DNA of 64,000 nt from Candidatus Woesearchaeota archaeon (GCA_018302765.1 JAGVZG010000004.1:16878-80877); one strand, 5' to 3'. Positions 1 to 9,860 are shown, counted from the first letter of the stretch. Translations and numbers: made by a program. Notes: a model not told the origin generated them from the sequence alone.

Positions 1-392
1 ATATACTTATGAAATGCTCATCCTGCGGAAGCATGATGCAGATATTGCCTTTTCCAGTTCCCTAGAGCGTATCTGTTTTTAATATTAAAACTGAATGTTT
101 CAATCCTGCTAATTTCTCATTTGCAATACCTCTTATTTCCTCAAATGTAGGCATTGGTTTTATTGGAAATCTTCTTGATATAAAAATTGTTCGTTAGAGC
201 CGTACCTGTATATTAAAAATTTTGCTGCTTCAATATTATTTTTATCTGTAGAAAATCTATGATAAGATTCTATTAATTTTTTGATAAAATGCTTTTGACA
301 TAGCTACTTATTTTTTTCTTAATATAAATAATTTGTTGTTATAGGAAATAATCATCCAATAGACTTAAAAATAAAGAATTTTTCCTAATTTT

Positions 393-1259
393 ATGTCAAA
401 TGTAACTTTAGAGAATTATAAAAAAGTTCAGGCAGATATTTCTCAATTTAAAACAAGATTGAATGAGATAAATGAAAAGAAAGAGTACTGGTTCAAGAAA
501 AAAGAGGATCTTAAGAAAGAACTAAATGAGTTGATTCAGAAAATAAAAGAAATAAAAGCAGAGAAAGACAGAAAGAATGTTGAACTGCAACAACTTAAGG
601 AACAAAGAGACAAATACAATTATGAAGTACAAAGGTTAATTAAAAATATAAGAAATCTTAATGAAGAAAAATCTAATGCTTTCAAGAAATATAACATTAA
701 GGTTGATCCTACAAAGATTCAACAGAAAATTAATGAGCTGGAAAAAAAAGTAGAAATAGAAACAAATTTTGATAAAGAAAAAAAATTAATGGAAGAAATA
801 AAGAAATTAAAAAAGGCTTATGAAGAAACAACTGAAGTAAGACAAATAGCTGAAAAAGCATACCATCTTGAAAAGGAAATAAGGGAATCAAAGAAAAAGG
901 CTGATGAATTTCATAGAAAAATACAGGAAATAACAAAAGATACTGGTTATGAAGTATTTATGGAACTTTCTAAAAAAATAACAGAATTAAAGAAAGAACA
1001 AGAAGATGCTTTCCAGAGGTTTATAGATCATAAAAATGAATATTCCAATACTAATAATGATGTAAAAAATAAAATGGAAGAATTCCAGGTTCTCAGGCTT
1101 TTGTTTAGTAAGGATAAAGAGGCTAAAAAGATAGAAAAGGAAGAAAAGGAAAAGAGCTTTATTAAAGATAAAATAAAAGCTGTGGAAGAAAAGTTAAAAA
1201 TTAAAAAGAAATTAACTACTGAAGACATAATTGCTTTGCAAGGTTCTGGAACAGAATAA
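393..1259 (+). CDS. Archaeal coiled-coil protein (COG1340-like)
   Basis: 288 aa, K/E-rich heptad pattern throughout, C-terminal KKLTTEDIIALQ motif typical of this family. Confidence 0.7.
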   Translation: MSNVTLENYKKVQADISQFKTRLNEINEKKEYWFKKKEDLKKELNELIQKIKEIKAEKDRKNVELQQLKEQRDKYNYEVQRLIKNIRNLNEEKSNAFKKYNIKVDPTKIQQKINELEKKVEIETNFDKEKKLMEEIKKLKKAYEETTEVRQIAEKAYHLEKEIRESKKKADEFHRKIQEITKDTGYEVFMELSKKITELKKEQEDAFQRFIDHKNEYSNTNNDVKNKMEEFQVLRLLFSKDKEAKKIEKEEKEKSFIKDKIKAVEEKLKIKKKLTTEDIIALQGSGTE

Positions 1260-1330
1260 TTTTTGTGATTAGGTATGCAGCAAGTAAAATTAGTATAAAA
1301 CATTATAAATTGAAAATTTATTTGAATTTT

Positions 1331-1933
1331 ATGCAAACGTTTAAAATAGATGAAAAGGAATATTCTCTAAGTGATTTACTTAGCAGAAAAAGTGAAAAAT
1401 TGGTTAGATTTGAGACTATTGAGTTTTTAGATAATATTTGGGAAACAGTTTCAGATAATGATAAATCACTATTAAATCAAGAACAAGGTTTAATTGAAAA
1501 AATTCTTGTACCTTGATTTTTCAATGAAACTACAAGACATAATGCTTATTTTAATGATGCATTTTATTTAACAAATAGATTTGGAATTCAAGATTATTAT
1601 AAAAGAAAAGCTGGAGTTGTTGCTTTATGGAATAGAAGACATAAATATTTTAGATGGATTACTCACCATGATTTTGATAATTCTAAATTGTTAAATTCTA
1701 TGGGATTAATATCTAGATCTGATGCAGAAGGTTTTGGAAAAAATCAAGGAAATTATGTTTTTATGCCTAGTAAAATTTATAGCGCTTTAATAAGAAATTT
1801 GGGATTAACACAAGAAGAATTATGTTCTGCACACTTGATATGCCAATCAGTTTGTGAAAAAGAAAGAACAAATAACAAAAATTCTGGTATGTATGATGGT
1901 TTGCCTGTTGCTGATTATCCTATTTATTTTTAG
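1331..1933 (+). pseudogene. Hypothetical gene interrupted by an in-frame TGA at 1514-1516
   Basis: Track ORFs 1265..1516 and 1688..1933 share a frame; the 57 codons between them contain no stop; likely ATG at 1331. Confidence 0.6.
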
Positions 1934-2426
1934 TTAGTTTGTATAGTGTTTTAAGATCATCGTAAAATGGTACACTATTAATATTATAAATTTTTATAAG
2001 TATTATCCAGACTAATGCAACATAAACTCCTGACAAAAATTTCCAGAAGAACATATGTATAATATTGAACCAAACCAATCCATGGTTAATAGCCAGGTAA
2101 ATAACAAGCACAATTCTAATTACATTCATTGCAAATATCATTGCAAAACCATAAACAACCATTTTTATTCTTGTTTTTAGCATTATATCTTTTGTAAACA
2201 AGCACAAACCCCAAAAGAAATAATACGCGTAAGGAATTATGCACGCATCCACAAATTCAAATTTTAGATCTTTAATTGAAAGTATATTGCCTTCTATTAT
2301 TGGATTATAAACATATAGCATTATATAAGAAAAATAAATAGTTATTTGTGTAAATAGCAATGAAAATACAGCTGGAGGCAAAAAGCACAAGACAAACCTA
2401 ATTAAAAAATTATGAGGATATTTCAT
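1920..2426 (-). CDS. Archaeosortase/exosortase-family membrane transpeptidase
   Basis: Multi-TM protein with Cys (FEFVDAC), Arg (MNVIRIV) and His (IIHMFFW) in the exosortase triad order. Confidence 0.7.
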   Translation of the reverse strand: MKYPHNFLIRFVLCFLPPAVFSLLFTQITIYFSYIMLYVYNPIIEGNILSIKDLKFEFVDACIIPYAYYFFWGLCLFTKDIMLKTRIKMVVYGFAMIFAMNVIRIVLVIYLAINHGLVWFNIIHMFFWKFLSGVYVALVWIILIKIYNINSVPFYDDLKTLYKLTKNK

Positions 2427-2497
2427 TATAAATAACTACTTATCTAAATATAAAATTGTTTCGCTATATTTTTATACTGAAAAATGATTGAAATTTT

Positions 2498-3103
2498 ATG
2501 ATAGTTGAATACCTAGCCAATATGATTCTTAGTGCAGTATCTTTTTTTGGATATTTTGGTGTTTTTATATTAATGGCTATGGAAAGTATGATATTTCCAA
2601 TACCTAGTGAGGTTGTAATGCCCTTTGCTGGTTTTTTAATTTACAGCGGCAAATTTACTTTTTTAGGAGTCTTAATTGCAAGCTCTCTTGGATCATTATT
2701 CGGATCTTTAATATCTTATTATATGGGAAAATATCTTGGCAGACCTATAGTTATTAAATACGGAAAATATTTTTTATTAAATAAACACCACCTTGAATTA
2801 ACAGAAAGATTTTTTGCCATATTTGGAGAAAGAGCAGTTTTAGTCAGCAGATTTATTCCTGTAGTAAGGCATATTATTTCTATACCAGCAGGCATAGCAG
2901 AAATGAAATTAAAAAAATTTAGTATTTATACATTAATTGGTGCAACTATTTGGAATATGGTTTTGGCATTTCTTGGATTTAAACTTGGTGAAAACTGGGA
3001 CATGATACATAGTTTATCAACAGAACTTGACTTTGCAATAATTTTGATTTTGGTTTTTACTATATTATATTTTATAATAAAAAGATTAAGAAATAAAAGA
3101 TGA
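2498..3103 (+). CDS. DedA family membrane protein
   Basis: MESMIFPIPSEVVMPFAG and SRFIPVVRHIISIPAG motifs. Confidence 0.92.
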   Translation: MIVEYLANMILSAVSFFGYFGVFILMAMESMIFPIPSEVVMPFAGFLIYSGKFTFLGVLIASSLGSLFGSLISYYMGKYLGRPIVIKYGKYFLLNKHHLELTERFFAIFGERAVLVSRFIPVVRHIISIPAGIAEMKLKKFSIYTLIGATIWNMVLAFLGFKLGENWDMIHSLSTELDFAIILILVFTILYFIIKRLRNKR

Positions 3104-3639
3104 AAAAAGGATTTATTATAGGAATTGGATTATTTTTATTAATAATTAGTATATTGTTTGACAAGCAGATTGTCAACTTTGTTGTAAGTCATCGTATAAA
3201 TTCATTAAATAGTATCATACATTTTATTTCATTCATGGGAAGTGCATTTTCTGTAATTGTTCTAACAACGGTACTTTTTGTATCTGACAAAGAAAGTAGA
3301 AAATACATTCCAGTTTTATGGCTAACGCTGGTTCTGGTTTTAGGTCTTGTTACTATTTTAAAATATTTAGTTGCTAGACCAAGACCACTTGTTCCTGTTT
3401 TAGAAATTAATAACAACCATGCTTTTCCTAGCGGACATGCTGCAGCTGTTTTTGCACCCTTAGTTTTGATAGACAAATTATTTCCAAAAATAAAATGGTT
3501 ATGGCTTGCTATTGGAATTTTGATTTTATTTTCAAGAATGTACTTAGGTGCTCATTTCATGTCTGACGTTATTAGCGGTGCTTTGATAGGTTACATATCA
3601 GGAATTTTAATATTAAGAGTTACAAAGATTAACTTTTGA
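3100..3639 (+). CDS. PAP2 family phosphatase
   Basis: K..VARPRP, FPSGHA and SRMYLGAHFMSDV motifs. Confidence 0.92.
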   Translation: MKKGFIIGIGLFLLIISILFDKQIVNFVVSHRINSLNSIIHFISFMGSAFSVIVLTTVLFVSDKESRKYIPVLWLTLVLVLGLVTILKYLVARPRPLVPVLEINNNHAFPSGHAAAVFAPLVLIDKLFPKIKWLWLAIGILILFSRMYLGAHFMSDVISGALIGYISGILILRVTKINF

Positions 3640-4778
3640 AAATGGTGTTAAATATAACTTTTACAAAAATAGGAAAATTAAGGAAAGAAGTCTCCAAGTT
3701 AATAAGAATTAAATATTTTTTATCTTATTTAAAACTAAAAGATATTGAGCTATATCAACATAATGACTTACTTAATAACCAATTTTATTATTTAATTAAA
3801 ATTTTAAAAGAATTAGAGAATATAAACTGGAATTTATTCAGCAGAGATAATCTAATTAAATTGAAAAATGATATTGCATTTATAAATTTTGACGATTCTT
3901 TGAGATTGGAAGATTTATCTGAATTCTCGCAAAATATACTTGAACTAAAATTTTTACTTGAAGAAATCTATGAAGCAAGAAATAATTCAGATAGTATTAA
4001 AATAAATCAATTGATTAGACAAGGAGTCAATGTTAATTTTTTAAATTTGAAAATTATGAAAATTCTTCAAATTTTAAAATCTGCTTTTGGTGAAATAAGT
4101 CCAAGAAATCACTTACTTGGGGGGTTTTCTGGATATGCTTCTAAGAAATTATTTTTTGGAAAGAAATTTTTAGTTGGTACTGCTTTAGCTGGGTTTCTTA
4201 CAGGTACTCCAAATATCTTAGAAGCAAGTCAATTACCTGCTGCAGCAATGTCAACTAAATCTGGTTCTATACAAGGAAAATTTGAAAGAACTTATAGATG
4301 GAATAAACAAATATCTGCGGCTGAAGCTAGATACGGTATAGAAAGAGGCATACTTGCTGGTCTAATAATGAGAGAAAGTGAAGGCGATCCTTTAAAATTA
4401 AATTCAAGAGATGATGGAGGGGTTGGTCTAATGATGTTTCAACCTGGAACTGCAAGGACAATGGGTCTTAAAGTATACGGAAGTTCTAGAGCAACTGGAG
4501 TTGATAGAAATCATGGAAGAGAATTAAGATCTCTAGTAAACAAATATAAATTTAATCTCGGTACTTTAGCTAGACTTGATGAACGTTTTGACATTGTAAA
4601 GTGCATTGATGCTGGCGCTAGATATTTGAGAGTTTTGTATAACAAATATGGTTCTTGGGATACAGCTTTATCTGCTTATAATAGGGGAACTCCTGCTCGC
4701 TTTGCTAGATTTACTACTCATGTAAGGGCTGTAAGAAAATATCAAAATTATTATTTAAGAAATATTAGAAGATGGTAA
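3636..4778 (+). CDS. Soluble lytic transglycosylase (SLT) domain protein with N-terminal helical region
   Basis: C-terminal IMRESEG (catalytic Glu), GVGLMMFQPGTA, IDAGARYL, ALSAYNRG. Confidence 0.85.
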   Translation: MKMVLNITFTKIGKLRKEVSKLIRIKYFLSYLKLKDIELYQHNDLLNNQFYYLIKILKELENINWNLFSRDNLIKLKNDIAFINFDDSLRLEDLSEFSQNILELKFLLEEIYEARNNSDSIKINQLIRQGVNVNFLNLKIMKILQILKSAFGEISPRNHLLGGFSGYASKKLFFGKKFLVGTALAGFLTGTPNILEASQLPAAAMSTKSGSIQGKFERTYRWNKQISAAEARYGIERGILAGLIMRESEGDPLKLNSRDDGGVGLMMFQPGTARTMGLKVYGSSRATGVDRNHGRELRSLVNKYKFNLGTLARLDERFDIVKCIDAGARYLRVLYNKYGSWDTALSAYNRGTPARFARFTTHVRAVRKYQNYYLRNIRRW

Positions 4779-4912
4779 TTTTGTTTTATTAGATGTAATA
4801 ATAATTGTAAAATTATTCTTATAAATTCAATTTATTTTTGTAAAATCAGCTTCCAAAACATTTAAATAAGAGTTATGACTCAACAATAGCAACAATTTGG
4901 GAGGCAGAAGTA

Positions 4913-6571
4913 ATGAAAAAACTTATTTTGGTATTATTATTTATGTTAGTTCTATCTTTCAATGTTTATGCTGCAGGTAACTTAAATATGAATATTGTTT
5001 CTGTAAGTTCCTCAGTTTCACCTGGTGGTAATATTAGATTAGACGTTAATCTAACAAATATAGGAGTCAATCCTTTAGATCCTATAAAAGTTACAACAAC
5101 AGATCCTAGAGATTCTGCTGGTAATGTTTTAGATGTAAATAACGTTGTTTTAGAAAATGCAAATTCAGGACTTGGTCCATTAGGAGCAATGGGCTCCAGG
5201 GTAGTAAGTTTATCAATACAATTACCACAAGGACAACCAGGCACTTACACAGCAACCCTAACTGTAGACTTTGATGGAGTAAGCACAGATTCTAAAACTT
5301 ATAGCTTTAATTTGCTATCACCTCTTAGCGTAAAGTTTAACAACGCTGAACTAAACTCATTATCTGTTAACTTAGAAAGTGGCGAGGATGAAAATGAATT
5401 AAGTTTATTGCTAACAAATATAGGTAACGTTCCATTAACTAATTTAAGAGCACTTGCAATATTTCCTGATTTAGAAGACAATGATGACGACACTGTAGAT
5501 ATATCAAATCCAACACCTATTAGTTCTTTATTACCTGGACAATCTGCAACTATAAGATTTTTATTTGATGTTGATTCTGGTTTTGATGAATCTGTACTAG
5601 ATGGTGTTATAAAGATTGAATCTACTGAATTCAGAGCAAAGGAATATAACCTTAAGTTGAACGTAAAACCTCTATCTTGCCAACTAAATTCAAAAAGTGA
5701 CAAGATAGGATTGAATATAAACAAGCCAGACGACAATGATGATTTTGAATCAGGCGACGTAGTTAATGTTGATTTAGAAGTTGAAAACAAGGATAATGAT
5801 GATATGGATGTAAAGATTGAAGCATTGTTATACAATACTGACAAAGATAAAAAATTAGACAGTTATGTTATTTCAAAGAACATTAATGATGATGACACTG
5901 AGGTATTTAAGTTTAAATTAAATTTTGATGACGTTAAAGATGACGATGTCAAATTATATGTAAAAGCATATAATGACGATGATGATTTAATGTGCAAAAG
6001 CGATGATGTTAATTTAGACGTTAGTGTTCCAGATCATAAAGTTACTATAAATAATCCAACATTATCTCCTGCAATTGTTGCATGTGGCGACAGAGTTGTT
6101 GGAAATGCATTGCTGAAGAACGTTGGTGATAATGATGAAAATGTTGTTTTAGACGTATTTAATACCCAACTTGGATTAAGTCTGAATTCTCAATCCTTTG
6201 AACTAAAAGAAGATGAAGATGAAAATACAAGAGCCTTAGATTTTGCATTTAATACTCCAGAAAATGCAAAAGATGGTTCATATCCAGTAACCTTAAGAGT
6301 TAGATATGGTGGACAAGAAACAAATTCACAAGTGACATTAGTTTTACAGGGTTGTTCTGCTGCAACACAAGTACAGAAAAGCACTAGTGTACAAAGTTCA
6401 ACAGATGATAATTTAGTATTTACAGGCTCTGGAGTTTATACAGAAAAAGGACTTTTTGACAAATTCAATAAGTCAGAATTTGGAGTTCCTACTTCAGTAT
6501 GGCTACTAGTTGATTTATTGTTAGTTGTATTGATTATAGGCTGCCTTGTCTGGTTATTCAGAACCAGATAG
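4913..6571 (+). CDS. Putative S-layer/surface protein with Ig-like (CARDB-like) domains
   Basis: Signal peptide, repeated L.N.G.. beta-rich domains, Asp-rich segments, C-terminal TM helix plus basic tail; GGAGG ribosome-binding site upstream. Confidence 0.7.
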   Translation: MKKLILVLLFMLVLSFNVYAAGNLNMNIVSVSSSVSPGGNIRLDVNLTNIGVNPLDPIKVTTTDPRDSAGNVLDVNNVVLENANSGLGPLGAMGSRVVSLSIQLPQGQPGTYTATLTVDFDGVSTDSKTYSFNLLSPLSVKFNNAELNSLSVNLESGEDENELSLLLTNIGNVPLTNLRALAIFPDLEDNDDDTVDISNPTPISSLLPGQSATIRFLFDVDSGFDESVLDGVIKIESTEFRAKEYNLKLNVKPLSCQLNSKSDKIGLNINKPDDNDDFESGDVVNVDLEVENKDNDDMDVKIEALLYNTDKDKKLDSYVISKNINDDDTEVFKFKLNFDDVKDDDVKLYVKAYNDDDDLMCKSDDVNLDVSVPDHKVTINNPTLSPAIVACGDRVVGNALLKNVGDNDENVVLDVFNTQLGLSLNSQSFELKEDEDENTRALDFAFNTPENAKDGSYPVTLRVRYGGQETNSQVTLVLQGCSAATQVQKSTSVQSSTDDNLVFTGSGVYTEKGLFDKFNKSEFGVPTSVWLLVDLLLVVLIIGCLVWLFRTR

Positions 6572-6602
6572 ATTTTTATTTTAGTTTATTATTTTTCTTT
6601 TT

Positions 6603-6902
6603 ATGAGTTTTAATGAAAAAGTCTGGGATTTATGCAAGGAAATACCTAGAGGAAGAGTCAGTACTTATAAAATTCTAGCTGAGAAACTTGGAACAAAAGC
6701 TTACAGGGCTGTTGGAAATGCACTAAACAAAAATCCTTATTCTCCTATTGTTCCCTGCCATAATATTGTAGATTCCCAAGGACATTTGCATGGCTTTGCC
6801 AATGGTTTAAAGGTCAAAAGAATATTATTAGAGAATGAAGGTATAAAGATTAAAAATTGTAAAATTGTTGATTTTGAGAATGTAATTTACAGATTTAAAT
6901 AA
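6603..6902 (+). CDS. MGMT/Atl-family alkylated-DNA binding or repair protein
   Basis: IPRGRVSTY, RAVGNAL, PIVPCH motifs; the usual PCHRV reads PCHNI. Confidence 0.85.
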   Translation: MSFNEKVWDLCKEIPRGRVSTYKILAEKLGTKAYRAVGNALNKNPYSPIVPCHNIVDSQGHLHGFANGLKVKRILLENEGIKIKNCKIVDFENVIYRFK

Positions 6903-6941
6903 TATCATTAATTATTTATAATTAATTAACATAGTTTAATT

Positions 6942-7422
6942 ATGAAAAAAGAAAAAGCGGTTTTTGCTGCAGGTTGTTTCTGGGGCGTACAAGAGGCATT
7001 TGACAAAGTTGATTGTGTATTAAATACTGTTGTTAGGTATACTGGCGGACTTAAAGAGTATAAAAATCCTAGTTATGAACTAGTCTGCTCTGGAAAAACA
7101 AAACATGCAGAAGCAATACAAATTGAATTTGATCCTGAAAAATTTAGTTATGAAAAGTTGTTGGGAATTTTTTGGAATGGTCATAATCCAACCACATTAA
7201 ACAGACAAGGCCTTGACATAGGAAGTCAATACAGGTCTGCTATTTTTTACCTAAATGAGAAACAGAAAAAATTAGCTTTGAATTCTAAAGAAGAATATGA
7301 GGAAAAAATTAGGTAAGAAAATTGTCACTGAAGTTGTTAGGGCTAAAGAATTTTACCCTGCTGAAGAATATCATCAAAAATATTATAAAAAACACTCTAT
7401 ACTTTGTCATTTAAGAATATGA
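6942..7422 (+). pseudogene. msrA: Peptide-methionine (S)-S-oxide reductase MsrA, frameshifted
   Basis: [19 protein letters not shown]; removing one A from the A6 run at 7303-7308 restores [25 protein letters not shown], ending at 7422 and overlapping the msrB ATG. Confidence 0.85.
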
Positions 7423-7805
7423 AAATCCCTAAAACAGAAAATGAATGGAAGAAGAAACTGACTAGGGAAAGATATCATGTTATGAGAGAAAAAGGGACTG
7501 AAATTCCATTTACAGGAAAATTATTGCGTAATAAAGATAAAAGAGATTATACGTGTGGGGCTTGTGGCACTAAATTATTTTCTTCTGATACTAAATTTGA
7601 TTCTGGAACTGGATGGCCAAGTTTTAGTGATGCTAATAAAAAAAACATTGAACTTAAGGAAGACAACAGCTATGGAATGCATAGAATTGAAGTTATCTGT
7701 AAAAAATGCAAGTCTCATTTAGGACATTTATTTGACGATGGGCCTGGACCAACTGGAAAAAGATACTGCATTAATTCTTGTACTTTAAAATTCAAGAAAA
7801 AATAA
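7419..7805 (+). CDS. msrB: Peptide-methionine (R)-S-oxide reductase MsrB
   Basis: GTEIPFTG, FDSGTGWPSF, HLGHLFDDGP, RYCINS; ATG at 7419. Confidence 0.93.
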   Translation: MKIPKTENEWKKKLTRERYHVMREKGTEIPFTGKLLRNKDKRDYTCGACGTKLFSSDTKFDSGTGWPSFSDANKKNIELKEDNSYGMHRIEVICKKCKSHLGHLFDDGPGPTGKRYCINSCTLKFKKK

Positions 7806-7807
7806 AA

Positions 7808-8779
7808 TTACCCTCCTGTAAGATATAAATGTCTTGAAATAGGATCTAAACTTGCCAACCATGACCCTGGTCCAGTAAATGCTTCATGTAAAACCTCTCT
7901 TGATGAAACTTTTTCTTTTGGAGCATTTCTAATAAGAAAATCTAAAGAATCTCCAGGATTATAAATTTCAGGAAGCTCATAAAAATTAACAAATGCTTCT
8001 CTTCTAAAAACCCTTGCATTACTTGTACCTAATAATTTAACATCATATCCTTCTACTTTAAGCATTGCTCCCTCTTTTAATCCTACAACAGTATATGGAA
8101 AATGATGATGAAATTCCATTATTCTGTCAAGATGAGATTCTCCCTGATGATCAAGTAAAGCTACAACTTCAGGAGAAATTTCCATAATTCTTGCACGTTG
8201 TCCATCTGTTACTTCAACCCTTTCCAAGTAATGAGGTTTAATATTAAATGGAACAAATTGCAAGGCATCTAAATCTGAATTTGGTTTTGAATTATCATTA
8301 GAAGTACATATATTCATCCCAGCAACAACTGTACCTGCACTAACTCCAAGATAAGGTACACCTTGAGATATTCTTTCTCTCAGAGCCCCAATTGCCCCAG
8401 TACAATCTAATGTTCTTAACAAATCATAAGTATTTCCTCCGCCCACATAAAAACCTTCAGCTTCTCTTATAGCCTCAATAACACTATCTGCATATTGAAT
8501 ATTCTTTAATTCAAATCCCATCTGTCTAAAACGAGCTTGCAGTAATTCAGTATATGTATTTCTTCTTTCTTCTGAACTAGGAATACTCAATTCTCCACCA
8601 CTAGCCTTCAGCTTTTCGATAATAACACGATCTACAGCGTTTGGTTCAGCATAAGGAATAAATAAAATATTTTTAACACCATCAAAATGCTCCTTTACTT
8701 GATTTTCACAATAACCAAGAAAAACTTTAGGCTGGTCTCTTGTTTTTGAATTACTCACCAACAACAAATTTCTTGCCAT
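7808..8779 (-). CDS. pepE: Dipeptidase E (peptidase S51 family)
   Basis: ILFIPYA, YVGGGNTY, GVSAG nucleophile motif, IKPHY; likely start at MARNLL. Confidence 0.8.
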   Translation of the reverse strand: MARNLLLVSNSKTRDQPKVFLGYCENQVKEHFDGVKNILFIPYAEPNAVDRVIIEKLKASGGELSIPSSEERRNTYTELLQARFRQMGFELKNIQYADSVIEAIREAEGFYVGGGNTYDLLRTLDCTGAIGALRERISQGVPYLGVSAGTVVAGMNICTSNDNSKPNSDLDALQFVPFNIKPHYLERVEVTDGQRARIMEISPEVVALLDHQGESHLDRIMEFHHHFPYTVVGLKEGAMLKVEGYDVKLLGTSNARVFRREAFVNFYELPEIYNPGDSLDFLIRNAPKEKVSSREVLHEAFTGPGSWLASLDPISRHLYLTGG

Positions 8780-8934
8780 AATTTTAAGTTTTGTAAAAAA
8801 GTATATAAAACTTCCCTTTTTAGTTACTAAACAATAGTTATTCAAGTATTTCTACTATCTTTACCATTGCTAGTGTTCTCCTTCGCTTCCATTTATATTA
8901 TTTAGTGCACTAGGGCTTTAGACATGACTATGAC

Positions 8935-9075
8935 AGCGCGGGGAGGGAAATTCGTAAACTTTTTTGTTAAGGAAGTTTAGTTCGAACCCCCAATCTGTTG
9001 CTGTCTTCTTTATTATAGCTATTAGTTCATAATAGCAAACTGCAGGCAACTGCCTTGCCGTTGGGCCACCCGCGC
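8935..9075 (-). tRNA. tRNA-Cys(GCA) with two introns: 37/38 (9003-9039, 37 nt) and 59/60 (8949-8980, 32 nt)
   Basis: Spliced 72-nt cloverleaf GCGCGGG TG GCCC AACGGCA AGGC A GTTGC CTGCAGA GCAAC AGATT GGGGG TTCGAAT CCCTC CCCGCGC T; U73; the T-loop intron has a perfect BHB (TTCG/CGAA helix). Confidence 0.93.
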
Positions 9076-9097
9076 GCAAAGAAACAAACCACATTAT

Positions 9098-9105
9098 TAT
9101 TTAAA
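9098..9105 (-). promoter_or_regulatory. TATA box of tRNA-Cys
   Basis: TTTAAATA at -30..-23 from mature +1, with an A-rich BRE-like stretch upstream. Confidence 0.6.
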
Positions 9106-9245
9106 TAGATTTTCTTTAAGAAATTATACCAATTAATAACAAAAGTTACAAAATATTTCAGTTTTTTTTCCAGTTGGCAAATGCGTAATTTTTTCAAAAA
9201 AACACCAACAGATTTAAATATAACTTATTAAAATATATGTAGATT

Positions 9246-9860
9246 ATGCATAAACATAGTAAAAAAGAGGAAGTGTATAATTTTTTGCTTGAAATTGGCA
9301 AAGAGATAGCAAAAAGAAAGCTGGGTGCACTATTTATTATTGCCCCTGAAGGTAATTTTAAAGGTATTTATGAATTATTATATCCTCAAGTTATAGAAAG
9401 CCATAAAATATTTGAAAGAGGATCAAAAGAATTAATATTAAAACTAGCTGAGCTTGACGGCGCTTTCTTGGTTCATGATGACGGAACTTTGGAAGCATTT
9501 GGTGCAAGAATACTTAAGTCAAAAGCACTCCCTGGCTATGGAACAAAGCATGCCGCAGCGACTGGAATTACGGGTTACATTAGGAATTCCACTGCAATAT
9601 TAGTCAGCGAAGAAAACCAGTGGATTAAAATTTTTAAAAACGGAAAAATAGTTTTGGAAATGGACTCTTCTAAAACACCTCCTTCAGTAATGCATAAAGT
9701 TGTTACATTTTTAACAGACAATGACACTGCTTTACTAGCAACTGCAGGGGCTTCTGCTGCAATTATGGGTGTTATTCCTGTAGTTATAGTTTCTGGAACT
9801 TATTTAGCAATAAAAACTGCTTCTGGAATAATAAAGAAGAGCTTAAAACATAACCATTAA
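9246..9860 (+). CDS. Diadenylate cyclase (DisA_N/DAC domain) protein
   Basis: LGALFII, AELDGAFLV (DGA motif), GTKHAAA (canonical RH reads KH), AILVSEE; hydrophobic C-terminal tail. Confidence 0.8.
   Translation: MHKHSKKEEVYNFLLEIGKEIAKRKLGALFIIAPEGNFKGIYELLYPQVIESHKIFERGSKELILKLAELDGAFLVHDDGTLEAFGARILKSKALPGYGTKHAAATGITGYIRNSTAILVSEENQWIKIFKNGKIVLEMDSSKTPPSVMHKVVTFLTDNDTALLATAGASAAIMGVIPVVIVSGTYLAIKTASGIIKKSLKHNH

Noticed and set aside
1-310. Minus-strand coding fragments (KKLIESYHRFSTDKNN..., MPTFEEIRGIANEK...)
   Set aside because: Broken by stops and shifts and cut by the window edge; I cannot assign a family.
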